Assembly: GCA_910587795.1 (NCBI GenBank)
Contig: CAJUNH010000002.1
Span: 135,400-199,399 of the forward strand
Origin: an uncultured Christensenellaceae bacterium
GTDB lineage: Bacteria > Bacillota > Clostridia > Christensenellales > CAG-314
Reading direction: 5' to 3'
DNA: 64,000 nt
The translations under genes and the position numbers were made by a program. Below are positions 10,388-20,311 of this stretch, one piece after another. The notes beneath the pieces were generated by a model, which worked only from the letters and a program-made list of their open reading frames with translations, ran no database searches and was not told where the DNA came from. Numbering within the stretch: position 1 is the first letter of the stretch; each line of letters begins with the position of its first letter.

Positions 10388-11824
10388 TCAGCTTTTCAGC
10401 ATTTTATTAGACAAATCAAGCCTGCGCAAGGTTTCTTGCTTGCCTAAAAGCTCGGCAATTTCGCTTGCTCCTCCCGGGGTTACGGCAAGTCCGGTAAGAG
10501 CTATGCGGGCAACCCAAAGCACGGCGCCTTTTTTACAGTTAAGCTCGGCAGACAAGCCGACCAGCGCGTCAAATAAGCTTTGATTCGTCCATTCGGTTAC
10601 GTTTGAAAGTTTCTGTATGACCGAGGGTAAAATTTCCTTTGCAAGCGCAGCGTCCGCCTTTTGCTTTTGGTTGACGTACAGTTCGGCGTCGATCTTGTCA
10701 AACTCTGCTAAAAAGCGCAGTTTGTCCTCGATTTCCGCAAAGGTTTCTATTCTGCTTTGAATCAGCTTGCACACAAGCTGTTTGTTAAAGTTTTTAAGAT
10801 AGCAGTTATCCAACCACGGAGCGGCGTATTCTGCAAAGTCCTCGGGCGGCATTTCCTTAATATACAGCGAGTTAAGCCACGCTAACTTCATCGGGTCGAA
10901 TATAGACGGGCTTTTATTGATACCCGCAACGTCAAACTTTTGTTTAAGTTCTTCAAAGCTCATCTTTTCGCTGTCGTCTTTGGGCGACCAACCAAGCAGT
11001 GCAATGTAGTTAATTATTGCGTCTTTTAAGTACCCTTTTTTTATTAAGTCCTCGTAGCTTGCGTCTCCGTTCCGTTTGGACAGTTTATGCTGTGCGTCTT
11101 TCATAATGGGCGGCATGTGAATATAAGTAGGGCGTTCCCATCCAAACGCGTCGTAAAGCAAATTGTATTTAGGCGTACTGCTAAGATACTCTATACCGCG
11201 CATAACGCAGTTGATATTCATTAAGTGGTCGTCTATTACGTTTGCGAAGTTATATGTAGGCATGCCGTCGGACTTAATTAAAATCTGGTCTTCCAGCTCG
11301 CTGTTTTCGATAGTTATATCGCCGTAAACAACGTCGCGGTAAGTTGTGCTGCCTTCGGCGGGCATATTTTGACGGATAACGTATTTTTCTCCCGCGGCGA
11401 TTCTGCGTTCGGCTTCCTCGCGGCTTAAATGCAGACAATGCTTATCGTATCTGCGCGCGCCGTTTACGTCGGGAAGATTTGCAAGACGTTCTTCCGTACA
11501 AAAACAGTAGTAGGCGTGACCGCTTTCCACCAATTTTTTTGCATAATACAAATATTCGTTTTTGCGTTCGCTTTGGATATACGGTCCGTAATCTCCGCCT
11601 ACGTCCGGACCTTCATCCCATAAAATACCCGTATCGCGCAGCGTCCTGTAAATAATTTCCACTGCGCCTTCTACGTATCTGCCCTGATCGGTATCTTCTA
11701 TACGCAATATAAACTTTCCGTTATTTTTTTTTGCGTACAGGTACGAATACAACGCGCTGCGCAATCCGCCTACGTGTAAATATCCCGTAGGGCTAGGCGC
11801 AAATCTGGTACGTAACTGATCCAT
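10388..11824 (-). CDS. gltX: glutamate--tRNA ligase
   Basis: 478 aa. Class I signatures PSPTGYLHVGG (HIGH) and KLSKR (KMSKS). Confidence 0.95.
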   Translation of the reverse strand: MDQLRTRFAPSPTGYLHVGGLRSALYSYLYAKKNNGKFILRIEDTDQGRYVEGAVEIIYRTLRDTGILWDEGPDVGGDYGPYIQSERKNEYLYYAKKLVESGHAYYCFCTEERLANLPDVNGARRYDKHCLHLSREEAERRIAAGEKYVIRQNMPAEGSTTYRDVVYGDITIENSELEDQILIKSDGMPTYNFANVIDDHLMNINCVMRGIEYLSSTPKYNLLYDAFGWERPTYIHMPPIMKDAQHKLSKRNGDASYEDLIKKGYLKDAIINYIALLGWSPKDDSEKMSFEELKQKFDVAGINKSPSIFDPMKLAWLNSLYIKEMPPEDFAEYAAPWLDNCYLKNFNKQLVCKLIQSRIETFAEIEDKLRFLAEFDKIDAELYVNQKQKADAALAKEILPSVIQKLSNVTEWTNQSLFDALVGLSAELNCKKGAVLWVARIALTGLAVTPGGASEIAELLGKQETLRRLDLSNKMLKS

Positions 11825-11835
11825 AATTAAACCTC

Positions 11836-12549
11836 TTATCTTTTAATTTTTTGATTATACTCTTCAATATATTTATCTATTTTGCCGTCGCGGAAATAAC
11901 TGTAATATTGTCCCTCGGCATTAAAAATAATATGTTCCAATAAAACTATTTCCAGTCCGCTTAACGCGTAAATCAGTTTTTGCGTGCAATCGTCGTCGTT
12001 TAAACTGGGTTCGCAATCGTTACCGATATGGCAATGGAACAATAATATTCCGCTTGCGTCTAAACGTATTGCAGTAGAAATAACTTTTTTAATATCCAAA
12101 CGGACGTTATATTTATCGTCCGCAAGGTATTCGTCTCGGTAAATAAAGTGCGTAGTTCTGTCTACGTATACTACTACAAGACGCTCGACGTAGCTTTCCG
12201 CAATCAACTTACGCGCATACTGCACAATGGTTGCAAGCGTGTTAAGTTCGGGCTTTTCCGCTTCCTGCCGACGGCACCTTTGCCATACTTCTTTAAGCAT
12301 TGCTATGTTGCAAGCCGTAACTTGCGATATGCCGTCTACCGCCATTAAATTTTTAGGCGACGCGTTTATTACGTTGGACAGATTTCCAAATGCCAACAGT
12401 AATTTATGAGCAATCTTGTTGGTGTCTTTTCGCGGAATACTTTGGTACAGCAGCAGTTCCAGTATCTCGTGATCCTGAAACCCGTCCAACCCCTCTTTTA
12501 ACATGCGTTCGCGAACTCTTTGTCGGTGTCCGTTGTTAACGTTTGCCAT
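11836..12549 (-). CDS. radC: RadC-family JAB/MPN domain protein
   Basis: N-terminal GHRQRVRERMLKEGLDGFQDHEILELLL plus a HhH region. C-terminal H-x-H-x7-S-x2-D motif (HCHIGNDCEPSLND). Confidence 0.85.
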   Translation of the reverse strand: MANVNNGHRQRVRERMLKEGLDGFQDHEILELLLYQSIPRKDTNKIAHKLLLAFGNLSNVINASPKNLMAVDGISQVTACNIAMLKEVWQRCRRQEAEKPELNTLATIVQYARKLIAESYVERLVVVYVDRTTHFIYRDEYLADDKYNVRLDIKKVISTAIRLDASGILLFHCHIGNDCEPSLNDDDCTQKLIYALSGLEIVLLEHIIFNAEGQYYSYFRDGKIDKYIEEYNQKIKR

Positions 12550-12652
12550 TAAGTAATCCTTTTTGTCAATTTTTTGTACAAATATAATAGCACAATATAT
12601 AAATTTTGTGTATACTATTACATATAAAAATTTAAATCATTTGAGGTTTATA

Positions 12653-13990
12653 ATGAAAGACGCAAAAAAACTGCTAAATCAACAATTTGACGAACTTGTT
12701 TCTACATTGCAGCAGGTTATTCGTTTTAATACGGAAAAAGGCGAGCCTGCCGACGGCGCACCGTTCGGCAGCGAAGTACGCGCTTGTTTGGATTACGTGC
12801 TTAATACCGCTCAAAACTTCGGTCTGAAAACTTACAACGACGACGGTTACGCGGGACACGCGGACCTAACGGGAACAGGCAAAGAAATAGTGGGCGTATT
12901 GGGACACTTGGACGTTGTTCCGTCCGTAGCCGCCGAATGGAAATATCATCCTTACGGTGCGGAAATCCACGACGGAAAACTTTTCGGCCGCGGAACAATG
13001 GACGATAAAGGACCGATGATTGCCTGCTTGTTTGCAGTAAAAGCCTTAAAAGACGCGGGTTTTCAACCTACAAAAACCGTTCGTCTTATTTTCGGCTGCG
13101 ACGAAGAAACGGATATGGGCTGCGTTAAACACTACTTTAAAACAATGCCGCACCCCGACGTTGCATTTTCGCCCGACGGTGACTTTCCCGTTATAAACCG
13201 CGAAAAAGGCATTTACCACTTTGATATAAATTTGGGCAAACTTCCGCAGGGCTTAACGTTAACTGCGGGCGACCGCGCAAACGTTGTTCCCTCTAAGTGC
13301 ATTGCAACGCTGCCTGCAAATCAGGTATTTAATAAAACGTTTTGTAACGTCGATCTTGACATAACAGACGGAGTTGCTTCAATTTCCGCAACGGGCAAAG
13401 CGGCGCACGCAAGTACCCCGCAGGAAGGAATAAACGCAGCCCGCCCCGTACTCAAAGCGCTTGCGCAAATTTATCCCGATTGCTCGGCAATACAGTTTTT
13501 GGCAAACAAAGTTTGCGATACTACGGGCGGCAAGTGGGGCATTATTTTGCACGACGAGCAAAGCGGCGACTTAACCTGCAACTTGGGCGTATTGCGTACC
13601 GCCTGCGACGGAACCCTTACCGCCACGGTGGATATACGATTCCCCGTTTCCTACGACTGTCAATTTATGACGGAGCTTTTGCGTAAATGCACTCCGCAGC
13701 AGTTTGCTTTAAATCCCTGGCACGTAAGCGACCCTTTGTACGTACCCGCCGAAAGCCATTTGGTAACAACCCTTATGAAAGTTTATAACGAAGCAACGAA
13801 TACAAATTTGGAGCCTATTGCAATAGGCGGCGGAACATACAGCCGCTGCTTAAACAACTGCGTTGCGTTCGGTCCGCTGTTTCCCAACGAGGAACAGACA
13901 ATCCATATGCCTAACGAGTGCGTAGACTTAAACAATCTTAAACTTATGGCGGAGATTTTCCTTGACGCAATATATCAACTTTCTAAGTAA
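12653..13990 (+). CDS. pepV: M20-family dipeptidase (PepV/Sapep type)
   Basis: GHLDVVP and GRGTMDDKGP motifs. The ATG at 12653 has a GAGG RBS; the track ORF from 12563 carries an unlikely N-terminal extension. Confidence 0.85.
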   Translation: MKDAKKLLNQQFDELVSTLQQVIRFNTEKGEPADGAPFGSEVRACLDYVLNTAQNFGLKTYNDDGYAGHADLTGTGKEIVGVLGHLDVVPSVAAEWKYHPYGAEIHDGKLFGRGTMDDKGPMIACLFAVKALKDAGFQPTKTVRLIFGCDEETDMGCVKHYFKTMPHPDVAFSPDGDFPVINREKGIYHFDINLGKLPQGLTLTAGDRANVVPSKCIATLPANQVFNKTFCNVDLDITDGVASISATGKAAHASTPQEGINAARPVLKALAQIYPDCSAIQFLANKVCDTTGGKWGIILHDEQSGDLTCNLGVLRTACDGTLTATVDIRFPVSYDCQFMTELLRKCTPQQFALNPWHVSDPLYVPAESHLVTTLMKVYNEATNTNLEPIAIGGGTYSRCLNNCVAFGPLFPNEEQTIHMPNECVDLNNLKLMAEIFLDAIYQLSK

Positions 13991-14029
13991 ATTATTGTAA
14001 TTACAGTATGCTTTAATAAATGACATATA

Positions 14030-14071
14030 GTACAAGTAACGGCATTAAACAGTGTTACTTGTACTTTTTTA
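14030..14071. terminator. intrinsic terminator (stem is built from the dispersed TGTACAAGTAAC motif)
   Basis: Perfect 11-bp stem gtacaagtaac / gttacttgtac followed by tttttt. Confidence 0.8.
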
Positions 14072-14119
14072 TTACAAATTAAAATTGCAGCGCTTATATA
14101 AGCGTTGCAACTTTGTTTA

Positions 14120-15055
14120 TTATTCCGCAGAGCCGTTTGCTGTTATTTCCGTTTCGCCGTAAGGAGATTCGCCGTCGGCTTCGGGCTGTTGCGGATAATA
14201 TTCCGCTATGCGTTTGTCCGCAGCTTCAAAATAATTTTTATAGGATTTGGTAAGCATTTTATTATAGCGTTTAGTGTCGGGGGATTTCGGTTTTTTAAAC
14301 GAGTACGCGCCGTTTACCTTCCACTTATTAAACCAGCCGATTTTAATTGCGTCCGTAGGGCATAGGTGGGCGCAGCGCATACACATCAAGCAATCTCCGC
14401 CGAATTTCATTTTGCCGTCTTCCAGCTTTATGTTGTGTGTAGGACAGATATTAATACATTTTTTACAGTTTACGCAGCGTTCGTTTACCTTGTACTGTTT
14501 TCCGTTTAGCCGTCCGCCCCAGTGTTCGCAGCGCATTACGGCGGCTACAAATCCGCCCATAAATACACGTTTGGGTCTGTACGGTTTGTTTTCTTTTATT
14601 TCCTTTACGTCTATGGGGGTAAGCAGCTGCGCCGTAGTTAGCATACGGTATGCCATATCGTCTCCGTGACGGAAAATTATGTTGTACGGCATACAGTAAC
14701 GGTATTCGTTGTTTACTATTATGTTTTTCTTTTTTAATATGCGCCTAAGTTTATACGACGCAATATCGTTCAGTTTTAATGGTTCGCCCGACGTGCATAC
14801 GATAAACGCCGGCTTTTTTGTTAAAAGCTTCTGCAAGCGTTTGCAGAATTTAAGAACTATGGACGGGGCGTTAAACGCATGTACAGGATAGCCTATACCT
14901 ATAAGGTCAAAGCCGTTTAAATCGTAATTAAAGGTATCTTCCATTCGGCAAAGAGTAACCTCGTCGCCGTAATTTGCGGCAAGCGTATTAGCATAACAAT
15001 CAACAATTTTTTGAGTATTGCCCGTCCCGGAAAAATAACAAATAAGTATTTTCAT
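14120..15055 (-). CDS. flavodoxin-like + 2x[4Fe-4S] ferredoxin fusion (EFR1-type ferredoxin)
   Basis: N-terminal MKILICYFSGTGNTQK flavodoxin motif. C-terminal CVNCKKCINICP and CLMCMRCAHLCP cluster motifs. Confidence 0.75.
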   Translation of the reverse strand: MKILICYFSGTGNTQKIVDCYANTLAANYGDEVTLCRMEDTFNYDLNGFDLIGIGYPVHAFNAPSIVLKFCKRLQKLLTKKPAFIVCTSGEPLKLNDIASYKLRRILKKKNIIVNNEYRYCMPYNIIFRHGDDMAYRMLTTAQLLTPIDVKEIKENKPYRPKRVFMGGFVAAVMRCEHWGGRLNGKQYKVNERCVNCKKCINICPTHNIKLEDGKMKFGGDCLMCMRCAHLCPTDAIKIGWFNKWKVNGAYSFKKPKSPDTKRYNKMLTKSYKNYFEAADKRIAEYYPQQPEADGESPYGETEITANGSAE

Positions 15056-15059
15056 AGTT

Positions 15060-16586
15060 TTACTTTATCTTACTGTATTTTGCATTAAATTTGTCGTCGT
15101 AGTAATAAAAATTATCTTCGTCCTTTGCGTGACTGTCGTACCATACGTCGGCGTATATTTTGTCCTTTTTGGCAAGACGGTCAAAGTCCCAGCAATAGTT
15201 TTTGTAACAGGGATTTAACCAGTGCCCTGCAAGTACCGTAGTACCGCGCCAACTGAATTTTTCGCCGTCGCTGTTTTCCCATTCCAATCGGTCGCATATT
15301 TCGCCCGATTCGCTCAGCAGCTTTCCGCCGTGAAGTTCCGCTATGCGTTTAAGCGTATCTAAGGTTACGGTTTGTTTGGGGTCGTACCCGATTTCAGGCA
15401 ATACCGCATTTTCGGGATTGCGCAGCGCTTCGTAATCAACTTCGCCGTTTGTGCCGTTTTTAAATTTAAGCAAAGCAAAATTATCCCACTTGCATCCAAG
15501 CTTTTCGTATTTATCCTTTCCGCCGAAGTATGCCGATAACTTTGCTTCGTCGTTGTGTTTGTACCAGTAAACCGCACTGTTAGGGCTTTTAAACAATCGC
15601 ATTATGGCAAACCGCTTAATCCATCTTTTAGGAACGGCTCTGCCTGCTTTAAGTATACCGTGCGTTTGTTTAAACTTTTTCCAAAAGTCCGCAGTCGATT
15701 GACGTTGATAACGGAAAAGCTCGTTTAATTCTCCGCTGTCGTAAAACCACAATCCGTGGAAATTACGCGTTGCGTTAAAACGCGGTTCAAAAAAGTTTTG
15801 CACCGATCCGCCGATTATTTCAAATCCGTCGTTTAAAATATCGTATCCCGTTACGCAGTTATACAGTCCTCCGCCCAAGTTAAACACTTTGCCCCAAAAC
15901 TTGTTACCCAAGTCCTGCTGCATATCAAAACGCAGTATATTGGCAATCAGCAATCCCGAATCCTCGGCAGTGGACCACTCTAACGGCGAATTAAAGCAAG
16001 TGTGAAACATCAATCCGTCGCTCATATTGTCGCTTAACATATTATCGTGCAGCATTGCCGTTTGCCTTATTACGGCTTTGTTCTTTATTTCGCTTTCCAG
16101 CACACGGTGTTCTCCGCGCATTTTAGTTAAAGAGTAAATATCAAACGGACTTATAAGCAACGGGTCGCCCACTCGCCCCCACAGATGTTTTTCGTTACGG
16201 TCGCCGTACAATGCCATAGTGGAAATATGCACAAGCTTAGGCTGAGGGTTTGCGTTTTCTATAGCCGTTACCAAACAGCCTGTACCCTTTTCGTTACAAT
16301 CTATTGCGCTTTGCGGATTTCGATCGGAATGGGGCGGAATTACAGCCGCCATATTAACAACGTAGCTTACGTCCTCAACTAACTTTTGACATACGTTTGC
16401 GTCTGCAATGCTGCCGTAAACAAATTCGATTCTGTTTAAGTCTTTTTTGTGTTTTCGGCGTATCGATTTTACGCGCTTGTCGCTTTTAAGGACAAGCAGC
16501 TTATATTCGGTATCGGGAATTTTTAAACATTCGTTTAAAGCTTGTTTACCCATATTACCGGTTACGCCCGTTAACGCTATCTTCAT
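15060..16586 (-). CDS. NAD(P)-binding epimerase/dehydratase-fold protein with a ~200-aa uncharacterised C-terminal domain
   Basis: Rossmann motif MKIALTGVTGNMG. 508 aa, which is long for the family. Lies 4 nt upstream of the ferredoxin gene, so probably one operon. Confidence 0.6.
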   Translation of the reverse strand: MKIALTGVTGNMGKQALNECLKIPDTEYKLLVLKSDKRVKSIRRKHKKDLNRIEFVYGSIADANVCQKLVEDVSYVVNMAAVIPPHSDRNPQSAIDCNEKGTGCLVTAIENANPQPKLVHISTMALYGDRNEKHLWGRVGDPLLISPFDIYSLTKMRGEHRVLESEIKNKAVIRQTAMLHDNMLSDNMSDGLMFHTCFNSPLEWSTAEDSGLLIANILRFDMQQDLGNKFWGKVFNLGGGLYNCVTGYDILNDGFEIIGGSVQNFFEPRFNATRNFHGLWFYDSGELNELFRYQRQSTADFWKKFKQTHGILKAGRAVPKRWIKRFAIMRLFKSPNSAVYWYKHNDEAKLSAYFGGKDKYEKLGCKWDNFALLKFKNGTNGEVDYEALRNPENAVLPEIGYDPKQTVTLDTLKRIAELHGGKLLSESGEICDRLEWENSDGEKFSWRGTTVLAGHWLNPCYKNYCWDFDRLAKKDKIYADVWYDSHAKDEDNFYYYDDKFNAKYSKIK

Positions 16587-17343
16587 TTATATCTCCTTGT
16601 ATCTTCTGTGTATATAAACCTGATAAAAATTTACCTGACCGATGCAGCCGTTTATACAGAATTTTTGCATCAAACCGAACTGCAACCCGTTTAAAAATTC
16701 AAAATACCCTATACGTATCTGTTTTTTTAACTTTTGCAGATTTATATTGCAAGTGCGCGCACAAAACCGAAAAATGATTTTTCTTATATTTAATTATAAT
16801 TTACTCGGATTTCTTACTTGCCAAAACAAAAACACGCTTTAAAATTATATATGATTATTCAGTTAAAATCAAGGCAAATATATCACTTTAAAATAAAATT
16901 TAAGTAAACTTTACTATTAACTATTAACTTTTTAAGCGTAGTCCGTCTGCAAAGAGATATTGATTTACCGATTACGCAAACACAGGACATATACGCTTGC
17001 CCTGTTATATTTCTATTTTAATGTTAAAGCTAATCAACGAAATCAAATTATATTTAGCAAGTATAGTATCTTATATGCTTTGCGCGGTTGCCGCATATAC
17101 ATAACCTTTGTAAAACGTCTTTTGCTGTAAGCTTTTACTGCAAGTAAAATATTATTGATTTGTCTGTTTTTTTCGGCAGTTTTTTCACCTCGGCAAAATA
17201 CACCGTTTGAACAATGAGGGTGATAATGCACTTAGGAGAAACGTCTTAATAAAAACAACTGTCTATCTACTTGTTTTTTTGCCTACAATATGCTATAATG
17301 AATTTATAGAATAAACAGTAATTTGAATGGGGGATGATAAATC

Positions 17344-17511
17344 ATGAATATTAAAATACAGGCTGTTATTGAAAAATTTAAAAAAGTAAAAGATATGTTG
17401 AAAAAGTTTGATAACAGAGATGAGGCAATAGGATACCTAGTTAATGAAACAAAGCTATCTAAAGAAGAATGTTCTGCTGCCTATGATATTATTATAAAAA
17501 TTGAAGACTAA
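17344..17511 (+). CDS. small hypothetical protein (55 aa, AT-rich)
   Basis: Hand-found ORF MNIKIQAVIEKFKKVKDMLKKFDNRDEAIGYLVNETKLSKEECSAAYDIIIKIED. It has a GGGGGA RBS 8 nt upstream, a TTGTTT-17-TATAAT promoter near 17272-17300, and a hairpin aaaagtcg/cgactttt near 17543-17576. Confidence 0.4.
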   Translation: MNIKIQAVIEKFKKVKDMLKKFDNRDEAIGYLVNETKLSKEECSAAYDIIIKIED

Positions 17512-17647
17512 ATTTCAATTTAGCGTGCCAAATATGTTTACAAAAAGTCGAGATTCCATAAGGAGGCCCGACTTTTGTTGTTACATTGAATAGCTGCTCT
17601 AATTCTAATTTAAATTTTGTGCGTCCATCTGTAAAATATATCTCCGT

Positions 17648-18550
17648 TTATTTACCGTAGGCGTATTTACCGAAATTTCGCCCCAATATAAGCATAGAAT
17701 AACTGTCGTAGTGTATAAGGTCGGGATTAAATTTCGGTTCTAAGTGACAAGTCAAATTTAATGCAGCCGTGTCTATATAAAAGTTGCTGTCGCTTGTATT
17801 ACTGAAACTGCTTTTTATGTTGTTGATTTCCTCGTTATAGTATACCTCGGCAGGCTCGTAATCGCTTATGCCTCCGTCTACAAATTTTATTCCGTCAGCA
17901 GAGTACTCTCTGTACTTTTGCCGAAAGTACGTTGCCATATTAGATAAATACTTATAGTACGTTTCTGTGTTTTCCGCGCTTAGGGCGTCGCTTTCGCCCT
18001 GCATCCAACACAAAGCTTCAACCTGCACTTTTTTGCCTTGATGCGTTAACGTGTCGATAACGCTGTCTGTTTTTTCCAAAAGCGCTTTAAAATACATACC
18101 GCAATCTGTGCCTTCACTTTCGGGAGCATTCCAAAACGGATAAATCGTTGTTCCGCCGTGCGCTCTTTTTACAAAATAAAATTCTTCGTCGGGATACTTT
18201 TCGCTTAAATAGTCCGCTATGCCTATTTCGATACCGAAATAATCGGCGGACGTGCCCTGTCCCAGTTTGCAGTTTACAAATTCGTTTTCGGTAACGCCGT
18301 TCGTATTAAGTACAATCTTAACGTTATCAAATCCGTTTGTGTAGAGACTGTATTTTTCTTCGCTTACATACTTTTTGAGTTCTGCGCAAGAGGAAACGCC
18401 CTCGCAGTTACTTTGACCTGCAAGTACGATAACGTGCGCGACCTTTTGTTGCGAGCATCCCGAAAAAACGGTCAAAAATAACAATACAGTCAAAAGCACC
18501 GACATAACAAAAACCGCCGTCTTGCATTTTATGCCGCCCGTTACTTGCAT
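17648..18550 (-). CDS. secreted/lipoprotein SGNH-type esterase, sialate O-acetylesterase-like
   Basis: Signal peptide with the lipobox-like VFSGC, then the VLAGQSNCEG motif (GQSN block of the SASA/CE6-like family). Start at 18550 has a GAGGA RBS; the track ORF extends to 18664. Confidence 0.6.
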   Translation of the reverse strand: MQVTGGIKCKTAVFVMSVLLTVLLFLTVFSGCSQQKVAHVIVLAGQSNCEGVSSCAELKKYVSEEKYSLYTNGFDNVKIVLNTNGVTENEFVNCKLGQGTSADYFGIEIGIADYLSEKYPDEEFYFVKRAHGGTTIYPFWNAPESEGTDCGMYFKALLEKTDSVIDTLTHQGKKVQVEALCWMQGESDALSAENTETYYKYLSNMATYFRQKYREYSADGIKFVDGGISDYEPAEVYYNEEINNIKSSFSNTSDSNFYIDTAALNLTCHLEPKFNPDLIHYDSYSMLILGRNFGKYAYGK

Positions 18551-18882
18551 ATAAATTCCTCGCTTTTCGTTAAATAAAATTCCTGTCAGTCTGCGCTTCC
18601 GCCACGTAATGCTGCGCTCTTCGTAGGTCTTGACAGAGTACGCAGTTTTTAAACAAACGTCCAATTTTTTAGTACCGATTCCTGCGTAATAATTATACTA
18701 TGAATTATTGGATTTTGCAAACAGAACAATAATGCGCCGATTTGATTAAATACCTGATTATATTTTAAATTTTTATTTGCAAAATAACAATAAAAAGAAT
18801 AGTATGCAGATAGTACGCTTTTAAGTGTAAAAGTGTCGGCGCTTAATCGCCTGAGTAAAAAAAAATAAAAACCTGCTAAAAA

Positions 18883-18926
18883 TTAAAAAAAAATAATACG
18901 AGCCCACGGTTAGACGGGTTCGTATT
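18883..18926 (-). terminator. intrinsic terminator after tRNA-Pro
   Basis: 11-bp stem (aatacgaaccc / gggctcgtatt, one mismatch) followed by a long T-run on the minus strand. Confidence 0.75.
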
Positions 18927-18935
18927 ATTCTCTAA

Positions 18936-19011
18936 TGGTCGAAGTGACGGGATTCGAACCCATGGCCTCTTGGTCCCGAACCAAGCGCGCTACCAACTGC
19001 GCTACACCTCG
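18936..19011 (-). tRNA. tRNA-Pro (anticodon CGG)
   Basis: Hand-folded 76-nt cloverleaf: acceptor CGAGGTG/CACTTCG, D arm GCGC-AGTTGGTA-GCGC, anticodon arm CTTGG-TTCGGGA-CCAAG, T arm ATGGG-TTCGAAT-CCCGT, encoded CCA. Confidence 0.9.
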
Positions 19012-19077
19012 ATATATTATTCTTTCTTTTCTGCCGTCGGGCAATACTGCATTAATTACGATTTTCTTTGCTTTGAT

Positions 19078-19106
19078 ATTATACTAAACTTTTGTAATTT
19101 ATGCAA
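19078..19106 (-). promoter_or_regulatory. sigma-A promoter for tRNA-Pro
   Basis: Minus strand TTGCAT, 17-nt spacer, TATAAT, about 66 nt upstream of the mature tRNA 5' end. Confidence 0.6.
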
Positions 19107-19483
19107 CAATTTTTTATTTTCTTTTTTATCAATTTCCGTAATTACAAATGACAAAAATCGCATTTAAAATTTAACGCAACAGTGTAAAGGTTCTTTAAAT
19201 AATTAAAAAAGATTATTTTAACCGATTTTTCGGTTTTTAATTTACTGCACATATATGTCAGCTAAAACTGTTAAACAGCGTTACTTGTACACTTTAAAAC
19301 TTTTATATATTTATTATTTTTACTTTTGCTTATGGCTTTTAAGTTTCAAGACTACTTGCCCTCGATAAAAGACGTTACGCAAAGCTATATTTTTAACGAC
19401 TGCATTCAACTATAAATCAGTTATATTTATAATTTTACAAATCTGCTTTTTGTTTGTATTCGTTTTATTTTTATTTTATTTAC

Positions 19484-19512
19484 TTGATTTAATCACAGCG
19501 TTATTATATAAT
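19484..19512 (+). promoter_or_regulatory. sigma-A promoter for mscL
   Basis: TTGATT, 17-nt spacer, TATAAT, about 40 nt upstream of the start codon. Confidence 0.6.
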
Positions 19513-19552
19513 TTTTTTGCAACAATTTTAAAATAATAATAAGGAGAAACGT

Positions 19553-20125
19553 ATGAGAAAATTTTTTGCCGAATTTAAAAAATTTATCACCCGCGGAAAC
19601 GTCCTCGATATGGCTGTCGGCGTAATCGTCGGCGGAGCGTTTACCGCTATTGTAAACGCGCTTAGCAACAATATCTTAAAGCCGCTGATAAACTGGATCT
19701 TGGCGGCAATACTGGGCGGAGACTCTCTCAGCGAAATATACACGTTTTTAAAACCCGTATACGCGGACGGAGTAATAGATTTAGCTCAATCTATTTATAT
19801 CGACTGGGGCGCCTTTATTAATGCGATAATTAACTTTATTCTTATTGCGTTGGTATTGTTCTGTATAGTAAAAGCAATTAACGCCGCAAACGAAGGCGTT
19901 GCAAAAGGCAAAGCAAGATATAACCCCTTAACAAAGGACGAAGTAAAATCTTTGCGCAAGGAAGGCAGAAAAGACGCGGAAATCATCGCTGCGGCTAAAG
20001 AAAAAACAGAAAGACTTGCCGAAGAAAAACGTCTCGCCGATGAAGAAGCCGCAAAAAATGCTCCCAAAACAGAAGTACAGCTGCTTGAAGAAATGGTAGA
20101 TATTTTAAAAGCTCAGCAAAAGTAA
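19553..20125 (+). CDS. mscL: large-conductance mechanosensitive channel MscL with an extended Lys/Glu-rich C-terminal tail
   Basis: N-terminal FKKFITRGNVLDMAVGVIVGGAFTAIVNALSNNILKPLI. At 190 aa it is ~50 aa longer than typical MscL. Confidence 0.9.
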   Translation: MRKFFAEFKKFITRGNVLDMAVGVIVGGAFTAIVNALSNNILKPLINWILAAILGGDSLSEIYTFLKPVYADGVIDLAQSIYIDWGAFINAIINFILIALVLFCIVKAINAANEGVAKGKARYNPLTKDEVKSLRKEGRKDAEIIAAAKEKTERLAEEKRLADEEAAKNAPKTEVQLLEEMVDILKAQQK

Positions 20126-20142
20126 ATTGACTTACCTTAACT

Positions 20143-20190
20143 AAAAACAACTCTTACAAAAACAGTAGGAGTTGTTTTTCTACTTTTTTC
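20143..20190 (+). terminator. intrinsic terminator after mscL
   Basis: 11-bp stem aaaaacaactc / gagttgttttt followed by T-rich sequence. Confidence 0.7.
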
Positions 20191-20311
20191 ATTCAAATTT
20201 TACAGTTGGTTGATGTTGTCTTATTTTTGTTTTTTGCAGCCTAACTATATATTATTTTTGTGATACAAATTGGTTTTTATTTTTTCGTTTGTATTTTACC
20301 GCGACACACTT

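Noticed and set aside
12004-12036. RadC JAB motif HCHIGNDCEPSLND looked degenerate compared with the usual HNHPSG...PS..D
   Set aside because: The metal-ligand pattern H-x-H-x7-S-x2-D is fully retained, so this is just a sequence variant.
17043-17231. 62-aa minus-strand ORF in the 16.6-17.3 kb gene desert
   Set aside because: It has no RBS or promoter, an atypical His/Cys/Arg-rich composition, and no recognisable motif.
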